From Ptychomitrium polyphyllum (taxonomy: Eukaryota), in NCBI GenBank assembly GCA_973851085.1, contig OZ316776.1, positions 15,252,001 through 15,316,000 on the forward strand: a DNA stretch of 64,000 nucleotides. Reading direction: 5' to 3'. This document shows, piece by piece, positions 53,363 through 64,000 of this stretch (the stretch's first letter is position 1; the number at the start of each line of letters is the position of its first letter). Below the pieces are notes generated by a model that searched no databases, had not been told where the DNA came from, and was given only the letters and a program-made list of their open reading frames with translations. Position numbers and translations under genes: made by a program.

Positions 53363-56300
53363 AGTTCCTCTGATCAAATCAGATGTACAACACATCGTAG
53401 TCATTGATATCATTTTTTGGTGGCAACAAAATGTATGCCCATTATCTACACCGTTCCTTAGCACAAATCCTCATCATGTACATAGCAGAGACTATTATGA
53501 AAGCAGTCACTAAAGTGACATGTTGGGACGGAAGTGAACCAGCTATCTCTATCCTAGTTCCAGATGAGTGATACTTGAGATGAACTGCAATTTTGTATTT
53601 TGTCTTTACTGCTTCGTTACATTTCAATAGCTGTTGAGACCATTCTAAGGCTTGCAGCAGTATTTTGGATATGAAATTGTTCGAAAAGATCCTCAGCATG
53701 ATCTATTTACAAACTGGAGTGTCATCTCAGTAACTTCTTACTATATTGTTTCCTTTGAGAGGTCTTAGCATTGAATCTGTAACACAATTCTGCTAGTAAC
53801 AAATCAAAATAACAGAAACAAAATCATATGTTGCCACCAAACTTGCACCAAATGAAAGTACATTCTTTATATAGTCTTAGACACAGGAGATGGACGATGG
53901 GCTTGGTTCAACACGTACAATTTTACCCTTTGCCTTCTATTTCCTCCTTTCGGTTCCATGTTGGTTTCCTTTTATTCTAAGCTCATGTGCATGGTTCTTA
54001 ACTGCATTCTATACTCCTCTTAAAAGCAAGCATTCAGTTATGGCCATTACAGCATGGATGAAGAAATGTATATATGCTAAGCAGTTCTTAGTCCATTTCT
54101 TGGATTGTATGATGTTAAGGGTTGATTATTTTCTCAATTCTTCTCAAACATTCTTAGAAATCTTGGAAGGTCTGATTTTCTCCTTCCATAAAATCTGCCA
54201 TAATTTACTTTTCACCTTTCTTCTGTTGTAAAAAGCTGCTGCAAGTCATGTGTAACAGGTTACAACTGAGGCCATGCTTTCAGTGTTGTTATCAACATGG
54301 CTTGGTCATTGTACAGAAGGATACAAACAAAAGGTTCAAGCATTCCAATCAAAATATGTACTTGAGGTCATGATAGATAGGAGAGTTTGTCCATTGTGCA
54401 AAGGGGATCCGAGCAAATATCAAATGGGGACCTACCGGCTGGTTAGACAGTAACTCACTATCCTCCTCCAAAAGGTAACATGTCTTGCCTACTCAAGATG
54501 CAGCCACCCTGAAATTATCATTTTTGTACAGCATATAATGAAGGAAATTATCATTGCAAGTCCTTGTTTCAACATGAATGTTACTGATTTTTATATATAT
54601 TCAGACTTTCAGTGTATGATGACCTCGACATATACCAAAAAGCTAAATAAGATCTATATCATCTATAAAATCCTACCTGTGCATAATAACTTACAAAGAA
54701 GATCACCCTCAATTCTTAAAGGTTTAACATGTAAATCATTATGTTACTAAGTTTTTTGCCAAATACTCATAACTGGTTTGGATTGTTGGAATATAAGTGC
54801 AACATTGCACATTAAATTGTAATTTTCAAAATGTTCCATGATTTTTTAATTTAAAAGGGTAAAAGGGTAATAAAAAGATACAGATATAGATGTGGATGAA
54901 TGAAATCCTGCAAAATTACTTGATTGGACCTTTTGGGATTAATCCACATCCATTACATACATTATATTATAAAACATTTCAAGGTTGAAACACCATATTA
55001 CAATAGAATCCAATGGATTTTGATGAAAGATCCTTTATAAAACTTTTGTATGGATCAAGCTATATTTAAATTCTTTCAAAAGAAATTAAATGTTATAATG
55101 CAATCAAAGTTATGCATAATAACTCTCTTGGAAATTACACTAATATTTGTAATTTATGAATTTTCATAGGCACACTTTATAATCATGGATAAAGGTTTGT
55201 TCAACACTATTGTAATGAAATTGGTGTATTGAAATAGTTAGTGCATTAAGAAACTAGGCCTGTGAGAATTCATTAATCCATTTAAAATATATAAGAAGAG
55301 TCTTGAAATTAAAGAGTGTGTTTGAAATTTGTGTCATATGCAGTAATAACTAATTTTATTGCAACACATTACAATAATACAACTTGTAGTTTTGTACAGG
55401 AGATCCACCTTTGTTGCCAAGAGTAGAATACAATAGAATGTGTTTCTGTTCCGAGCATGCAAAATATAGTCCATGGATTATGTTGTTCAAAAATATTTGC
55501 ATTAAATTTGGTTACTGCAAATTGGAGTTTCTCAAGATTTTTTAGGATCTCTAATCAGTGAGTGCATATTTTGTCCTCATGTACAAAATGAGAATGGAGA
55601 ACATGTTTTGTACATAAGCTGACAAACCAGTACAAAGTACCCTGCAACCTTGAGCTCCACTGAATGTATGAAAACTGATATAAGCTGGCACAGAAAATTA
55701 TACTGTTCTAAGTACTAGGTTATCATAACATTTCAGAAAGGAGGCACAGTAGAGAATAGATCATTAAAATTCCAGTGTTCATGGTAAAAGCATTGTTTGG
55801 AAAACACAAGGATATTGGATTCATGTTACTCAGGAATCAGGCAGGGGTAAATGTTAAGTTCAATACTAGGTTGAATATTGGATTCATATGGGATTCATCT
55901 GTACATGTGTATAGTGATTTTAGAACTTAGCAGTAGCCGTCACTTGATCTTATGTTGAAAGTCAGTAGTACCCAGCCATTGTAAAACAAGTGGGTGCTAG
56001 AGCATGAAGGTCTTGCTTGTTCAGTACATGAGGACTAATTACACAGAGTTATGCTAGCATTGTTGGAGTAGACTCAGAATGGTTGGCAAGGTGATGAACA
56101 CAAGTTGGAGCGCACCTGGAAGGACTGCGTGCATGGGGTGTAGAAAGGACAGCTAATGACTGGGATATGCACTTGAGGACTACTGCATACATGGAGCGGC
56201 CGCACTAACAAATTGATGCTGACACCCAAAATTGATAACTGTCTGTTTACACTTTGCTGTCCAGTACATGTTGGGGGAGGTCATTCACATCTAAAGTTGA

Positions 56301-57672
56301 CCTTGGACCCACTTGAGTGCACAGGAACAATATGTATGGTGGAGAAATAAATTTTTAGAAACTTCCTTAATTGAAGCCTTGCCTTATTCCTCATCAAACA
56401 TTGAAACTAAGCTTCCTACTTTGAAAAAAATTAAATTAGGAATTAATTCATTGACAAATATGGGCAGTAGCTATAAATTCATAAAGTACCTCATCATGGC
56501 TTAGAACCCACTCAGAAGTGGGTGCCTCACAGCCTGTTGTAAATAGGATTTTTGAGCACTCAATACTGGATAGGTCTCTTCATAGTCCAGGCCAGTACTG
56601 GTATCCCTGAGCTGACTGGAAAGCCTACATGACAGACTTTCATTTCTGCAAATGAAACAAATTTTTGGATTTACATGGAACAGACCTACAGGAAATTCTA
56701 AGACGCATTGAACAGTAAGTTTGATTAAGAAATATTTGAAGTGTCAAACTGCCGCTAGAGTGCCAGGGGAAGGGAATCATCAACGCGCTAGTTAGAAGCT
56801 GGCCCTCCTCCCCAGCTGCTCAAGGACAGGCCGTTACAGCAAATTGATTGCGCCCGAGCCTCTGATGCGAGCCTTGCGCTCATAACTTTATAAAGCACGG
56901 CGCTAGCCATAGCCGGGATCTGATTTCCGATAACACGTATAAGTAGGCCCTATTCAGAAAATACATGCGCATGTCTCTGTTTCTCTCTACTCCAGTTGAA
57001 GGATAATACAGACAAGAACAGAAAGATGCCCAACTTTAAAGAAGGTAGAACTACGAAACTTTGAGGGAATCGAATCAGCTTTAATTAGAGGAGCGAGTGT
57101 TTAACACACCCGAGAGGTCCAACACTCGCAAATAACTGTCGGATGTGCAGACAAATGTACAAATTCTGTAGGAAGAGTACCATAATCTAGGAGGTTAATC
57201 GACACTCGTAAAAAACTGAACAGAACACCATGGAAGGAGGAAAATGAACACATCGAGAGTATGAAATACCATGTTTTCGAAGGAACCTTCGGCAGCGAAA
57301 CCTTGATGATGATTGGCAGAATAAACACGATGTATCCAAACAGAGAAGTGAACTCGTCTGTTGGGAAGAAAGCTGAGAGATGAAGAGAACAAGGCAAAGG
57401 ACTGATATTTAAAAAAAGATGGCAAGTGGATAGATCAGTTGGCCACTGGCATATGGGTACAGATATTTGTACAAGGTGAACCACAATCTCGTGTAGCTGA
57501 AACTTTGTAGGTAGAGATCGATCAGTAAACACTGTGTGGTAATAGGGTTGTCTTCCTCTTTTAAGAAGTCCGATTCGTCATTGATTTCCACATTCAAGGC
57601 GAAAAATATAAGTGGTTCTAAGGATCGCTGACGTATTCTGGAAGCTCTGAACTATTAATGGCTCGTCTAAGT

Positions 57673-60146
57673 TCAGAGCATGGTATGATAGAAATTGAGG
57701 TTGACACTGCAACGGTGGCACAGGAAGCGTTGGGGTATAGCATCCATGTCCGAAATTCCGCCACAGCGAGTATGCTGCCAAACTTCACAAACATCACAGG
57801 CAATCATGCGCTCACCGTCATCGTCTTTTGTGCCGCAAGGGCAGTCTACGATCCAGCTTTCGATGCCGCCTTCATAACGCCAATCATGACAAGTGTGGAT
57901 CCCGGTGCCGTCGATTCGGACATGGGAACCAGATTCTATAGCTCCAAACAGCAAGTCTTCGTCGTCGCCTTCCAGATCAGGAATAGACTCCACGCAAAAA
58001 CTATGCATGATGAAATAGGTCTCTCGGAAGGCCCTCTGCGCCTCGAGTTTAAGGTCCCGAACTGTCGCGTGCGGGGGAAGGACGACCAACTCAGGAGGAG
58101 GGCTGGGCCTGTTCCGCATGTGATCTTCGTCATTCAAAACGACTGTACACATCACTCTAAGTAACTCGTCGTCATCCATATTCCAGTCATTGTTGGCTGA
58201 TTTGCGAGTGAGTTCTCCCCGATAGTCCTTAATGAACTGCTTCGTGTCCAAAATAATCCTGGCTGCGGTTGGGATTGCAGTTAGCAGATTCTTAATTCCA
58301 CTTCTGGCGGGTTTGTAATTCTCCAGGACATGCTTGTAGATGTAGACAATATCTTTCAGAACTTCCGTCCTCCCTACTTCACATCCCGTTTCCGCAGCAT
58401 GACATCTGGTTTGGTCTGATCTCACAGCTCCTGCTACTACTGCATCCTCGAGGCTGTATTCCAAGACTTTGGTGATGGGGTTGACAGCTCTACGTACAAT
58501 ATGGTTGCCTACAACACGGTTACCCAAGGATTTCAGGACGTAGTCCAGAAGGCCTGTATCACCAATGTAGACACGCGCTGCGTCTCGCACGTCCTGCCTT
58601 GGCATCCACTTCTTGTCACAGCTCTTGAGAGCCTCCACAATAACTTGCGTTGCCAGGTCCAAACGTTTCAGCGACCATCTGGAAGACATGTCTGATTGTG
58701 GGGCACTGCTGATAGTTGGACCCATGCTCCCGCTTCTTCTATCATTGTCCTTCAGTCCCTTGGTCATCCCTTTCGTTTCCGGATGCTCTGGTAATCTCAC
58801 TTTGAGCTCCATCATGAAACGAATTAAGTCGCCCACAGTCTGCAGAGTCTGGCCACTGATACGTTGGTATAAGGCAATGATGGCTAGCACATCCTGGTCG
58901 ACACTATCAAAGTGCTGTGCCATGACTCGCAGGGGCATCTCGCGTATAGCTTCGACGGCCTTCACGTACATCTGCTGGGTGATGCCAAAACTTCCATGTC
59001 CGAATTTATAGCCCCACCTTCCATACCAGGATTCGCCGTAACCAACAGCATGAAGTAGACGAAGTTCAAGAGAACATTTCTTTGCGACGTCCTCCACGCT
59101 CACTTTCCTGTGGAGTATGCCATTACTCTTTTTAATTACCACAAGCGAGTAAATTTAGACTCTCAATGAGTTTTTTTTTAAGTACATGGATGAACATTTA
59201 AGAGGCCGATGCTCATGTAACCATAAAGAGCATCCAGTAAGAAGTCAACAGTAGAAGTCTACACACACATGAATTAGAACTGCAGGGGCATTTTACTAAG
59301 AAAGCAAACCTGGCCCTGAGCATTGCACACATACGGTCCCAGAGGTCCATGATCTCTCTTCCAGAAGCTAAATCTGATCCTTTCTCTCTTCCATTGATTC
59401 GTAGAAGGTGACCAAAGCCGTTACAGTGAATGACTCCATGAAGCAGGTGACTCTGCAAGTATAAGAAACTAGCTGCCACAGCTTCGTCACCACAGGATGG
59501 ACAGCTAAGGTATCCCGGCAGTAATGGCTCCTTGCAATTCAAGCATATCTTGGCACCTAGCATTCCGCTCGCCCTCTTGGAGCGTTCGGGATGATCCGGA
59601 GCAGGAATAATGAAATGGTACCGCTTGTTGGATACCGGATGATGACTCCATCCTGGTTATAAAGTATTTCTGAATCAGTCACCGGTACCCAAAATAAAAC
59701 TATTATAGAGAGAGAGAGATATGCACAGATTTTAGAAGGACATCTTTCAGCAACCGTTAAACAAACAACTTTGGTAAATCGAGCGACGTATAACCTGACA
59801 CTCTAGGATGGAGGAGTTGCCCATTGCAAGACTGAGACCGAAACTTACCGATGCATCTGCACTGGTCACAGTACGGGTGAAGGGAGTCCTGAACGCCCTC
59901 CACGAACACCAGTAAATTGACGCGAGCACCAGCTTGTATGGAGTCATCTTCGAGAGCCACGCACCATCCGGGTAAGCCGTCGACGGTGACTTCAGATTCG
60001 GCACATTCTTCGAGGAACGCTCGCACGTTGTCGCGGAAGGGCCCGTCATAATCCGCAGGAAACCCTGGGTCTGCGAAATTGTGAAAGGAGAAAAGTCTTT
60101 CTCCTCGCTTGCGCTTCCTAATTGCGCGTTCTCGTGATACGAACAT
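57673..60146 (-). CDS. PHD-finger protein of the MS1/MMD1(DUET) family; 3 exons (60146-59849, 59652-59310, 59107-57673), 691 aa
   Basis: RKRKR NLS; GPFRDNVRAFL; YCDQCRCIGWSHHPVS.KRYHFIIP; HLLHGVIHCNGFGHLLRINGRE.GS; KVSVEDVAKK; WYGRWGYKFG.GSFG; RWS.KRL; IGDTGLLD; C-terminal PHD VDCPCGTKDDDGERMIACDVCEVWQHTRC. Exon lengths sum to 2076 nt. Confidence 0.95.
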
Positions 60147-62472
60147 GGCGCCTGCAACAAGTAAGATAAGATAATTGTCAGCTTTCATCGTCACACACTT
60201 ATCGCTCTTCAGTCTGAGGCAATTTCAGTTTGCGAGAACTATAAACTTGTTGCTACACATTCCTTCAAACGAAAGTAACAATCGCCGTCCGGATCAACAA
60301 ATGTGAGTACATCCAAGGGAGTTGGTGACTCGCGGAAGGACTGTTGGCATGCTCTCTCTTGATGAGGGATCTTGCGGCACTAGTAAGTAACTTCGATCCC
60401 CGCCGAAGGTGCTAGAAATGATTGACCGCTTGAAAGCAACACGACAGGTGAGGGTTAACAAATTGTTCGAAGGGTATTCACATTACCTGATTCGTGTTAG
60501 AAAACATGACTTTCAGGTAACCCTCCCTTCGGACTGGCCATCCTAACGTTCCTCCTTCCTACAGAAACTACAGTTCTGCATTCAACATTTCAGACTAAAT
60601 ACATCACAGAATGCGAAACAGTTGTGAAGGTCTAAAACCAGCACACCACTTAAGGTGACCAGCTGTATCAACCCGGTACTGAATTGAGGGCTTCGGGCAC
60701 AGCGAGGTCGAAGTATTCAACAAGGAAGGAGACTGTGGATGTACAGAGCGGTCAAGGACGCCCTGCCCTTAAGAAAAATATTCTCAAGGGATTTGGCTGT
60801 TGTGATTTTTAGGAGCTGTTCGTCCGTAGCGTGTGCCTTCTACATCAAGGCAGACGTGGAAACTTATGAAAGCGCCGAGAACAGGAAACTTGGATATACT
60901 GACAATCTCAATCCGACCGCCTTTTGGCTGACCTTCAGCGCAGTTAGGCAAACGAACAAAACAAATCAGATCTACGAGAAAGTAAGCAGTCAACTTATAC
61001 GACAACATCGATCTACTGAGGGTTACTCTCTTAGATCATAAACGCAGAGGGCACGGCAAACCACCGACACTAAACAACTCATGACAAGTTGTCTGGACGT
61101 GATTAATGGGCTGATAATTAGTACTGCCAGATATCTGGAGAAAAGACGCAGAATATGCGCCTGAGACAGCCTATACAAGGGAGAGGACAGGAAATTAAAA
61201 CCCTTAGACGTTCCAAAACTGAAGAAAACCTGCAAAAACGAGACAGGGAAATCTGTGGAACTCTAAGTCAGTACCTCGTAATTGGATGCAATAATCGCTA
61301 CATCACAACTGACGGCCTGGGGAGGAGCTGACACACACCGCTTGATTGAATGACCAGATTGCCGTGCCAAATGATTTTCACGACTGTCACATTTCTATAT
61401 ACCTCAAGGAAGAAACCATTTCCAATACAGACATACTGGAGCTACACGTCACGCAAAAACGTAAATCGACTGCATGAGATTATAGCTTGATAATAGACTA
61501 TAAACCTCAGAGACAAAAAATCCTGAACACATTGTACACGTCGCAATTGGTTAAGAGACACGGACCGAATTATAACACCTGGTAAACTAGAAGAGGTCCA
61601 CATTAGCATCACAACCAAACATCACGCAATGATTTGAATTCCTAAGCAAACACGGAACCCTGAGAAACCAGGTCTAAAACCAGCTCTGATAACCAAGAAA
61701 GTTAGTTACCTACAGGCACTGGTTCAGGACATCAAATAATAACTCGTAAGTTTGTGAAATTATATACGAAGCGCACTCACCGCCTCACAGACCTGACAAA
61801 AACAACACGAAACCTCACTCTTGTAACCCCGACGAAAGCCAATTTACATTGAAACAGAAGTCTCTAAACAATTTCTACACACCGTAACACCGCGCACTGA
61901 CGTCGCAACCACCTCACGTCACAATACAGTCTCACAACAGCCTGGCAAACACGCACTACAGCCGAATTAACTCCCCTTCCCCTCCGGATCACAATCAAGA
62001 ACGCGTCCTCCTCACAGCAAAAACCACAATCCAGTCCTAAGCTCCCGTAAACCCACACTACATCCTCTCTACAACAGTAAATCCCAGACAAAACGCCATA
62101 GGAACCTCAACTTCACAAAGCTATATAAACCACAATATGAACTCGAGAAAGCACGCCCAAATTCGGGACGCAAATGGTTACCGATCGGCAAATGCAGCCT
62201 CTACTTCAACAACCTGCAGGCGCGAGTGTCGTCGAAAGAACGCCGAGTGACGAGTTGAATGCAGCCGGAGCGTGGTGTGTGTGAGCGAGAGCTCGGAGTG
62301 GGAAGAATGAGGACTGAGGCAGAGGAGGGAGCCTGATATGGACGGAGCAAGGGTTTGGTTGTGTGGTCTGTTTGTTTGTTGTGTTTCCTGATGATTATTT
62401 GTTTGGGGGGAGCAGCGGCACCAGCTTGCCAAGGGAAGACAACGGAAGGAAGCGCCCACACACAGAGAGAGC

Positions 62473-62503
62473 GGGCGGGCGGGCGGGCGGGCGGGCTGGC
62501 GGG
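62473..62503 (+). repeat. (GGGC)n microsatellite, G-quadruplex-forming motif
   Basis: gggcgggcgggcgggcgggcgggctggcggg: six consecutive G3 tracts with 1-nt loops plus a seventh. Confidence 0.85.
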
Positions 62504-64000
62504 CGACCGGAAGGAAGACGCGCCCGTCACCGTGGCCGTCCGAAAACCGCCACTGCACCCATACACCGACTAACTATCTATCAAAATCTTCACCCTCTGT
62601 AGAAATCGTCGAAATCTCCTGCTTGTACAAACGTCATCTACTCAGAATTGCAGATTTAAGAAGCTAAATGTTAGCCTGGGTAGAAAGTTGGTTGGTTTTC
62701 GGGCAAGGAGCGCTAACCGGCTGCAAATCATGATTTGGTTTGACGGTCGCTGTCTGGTAGATTATCGGAGTTCCACTCGTAGATCCACCTGGCGGAATTG
62801 GGTGCAGTGGCGGTATTCGGAGTGGAGATTTGGCTGCGAGTCATGATGTGGTTTGGAGCGAAGAGCGAAGAGCGAAGGGAAGGAGCGGAAGGAGGCGCCC
62901 ATAGCTGTGTCACCTTGTTACCGTGATCGATGGGGGGCGATGAGGGTAGTACTGGGTGCGGATGGTTTCGTTACGGGGGAGCGGAAGGAAGGAGCGCCCA
63001 TGGGCGCGGCCATGGGGGTGGCCGTAGGGGGTACAGGCGTACTGAGAGCAGCTTGAGAGCGTGTAGGGGATCAGTACTTGGCAACTGGTGGTGCAGTACA
63101 GTGTACAAGGCTCCCCTTGCTATCATAACTGGAGCCCTGCTACCTGGGCTCAGGTCCCGTCCACCAATTGCCATGGCCTATTTTGAATTTCAGTTACGCC
63201 TGTGTCCGCCCCTACACTGGAATCCACCTCTGTCTTGTCTTGTGGGATTGTTACAGCGCTCTTAGATTCTGCGCCTCTAGTAATTTGTTGCGTTCTAATT
63301 TCTGTGCTGCACGTAAGATGAGTTCAGGGGCCTCGGTTCTTTCCTTGTTCTGTTTTGTTTTGTTTTTCTTTGTTTCTCTGTTTTTTACTTTTTTATTTTT
63401 TTTTGAAACAAATGAGAACTTTATTGCGAGACAATTTTCCCCTAACAATGGAAGCACTCTGGATCATAATGTAAGTGTTTGCTTGGGAAGGCACTCTCCA
63501 TATTTCTAAGGACACATGAGAGAACAAGGGTTATTTTTAGATGTATAAATAATACAATAGCGTTATATTGTGAGGTTTATTTTAAAAATTCTTGAGAATT
63601 TTTTTAAGTGTCATATTATATGTAAAGGCATTAGAAGAACAAATAACAAGTCTAAAGGCAAGACATGTGGATATTGTAAACAGTTCATTATGCATTTAAA
63701 ATATAAACTCTATTTATGTGAATGAGTTGTGTCAAGGGCTAATTATTCAATGGCCTAGTAGATGTTCAAAAGATAGAAATCCATACATTTTTAAAGTATA
63801 AGATTGTCCACATTAATAATCACCCATATTATCTCCAAGTTTTTAGGAATTTTTTTATATTGGCATTAATTTTTCCAAAATATCTTTAAACGCGTTTTAA
63901 AGAAACGTGAGATTTGGAGTTATTTTCAAAAAACTTAGAAGTTCAAAATCCACTCAAATTTTTTTTGAAATGAACAAATTCACATTGAAGTATAGATTCA

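Noticed and set aside
57658..59011. Plus-strand ORFs (168 and 132 aa)
   Set aside because: Antisense shadows of the long PHD-gene exon.
62178..63509. Cluster of 60-126 aa ORFs
   Set aside because: GC-rich, low-complexity promoter/UTR sequence with short direct repeats (ggagcggaagga..cgcccat); no coding signature.

Overview
Eukaryotic, intron-rich plant genomic DNA, most consistent with a moss (inferred from the type-D-like nsLTP, the gene styles and the AT-rich decayed retroelement relics). Eight intact spliced protein-coding genes can be built by hand: a plant membrane protein of unknown function (-), ESF2/ABT1 (-), an ARL1-type ARF GTPase (+), a non-specific lipid transfer protein (+), a p24/TMED cargo receptor (+), an uncharacterised coiled-coil protein (-), PEX14 (+) and CDT2/DTL (+). 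A ninth is an MS1/MMD1-family PHD-finger gene (-). The most unusual element is an intronless, disabled, two-domain tandem gene at ~11.9-13.0 kb whose repeat unit resembles fungal UVI-1-like secreted proteins (candidate fungus-to-moss horizontal transfer). Other points of interest are a probable U12-type intron in ARL1, a 5-copy ~170-bp exon-intron-like tandem array upstream of CDT2, Sfi1-like motifs in the coiled-coil protein, an 18-bp minisatellite with an inverted copy, and a (GGGC)n G-quadruplex motif. All family assignments are from recognition of motifs by eye; no database searches were run.
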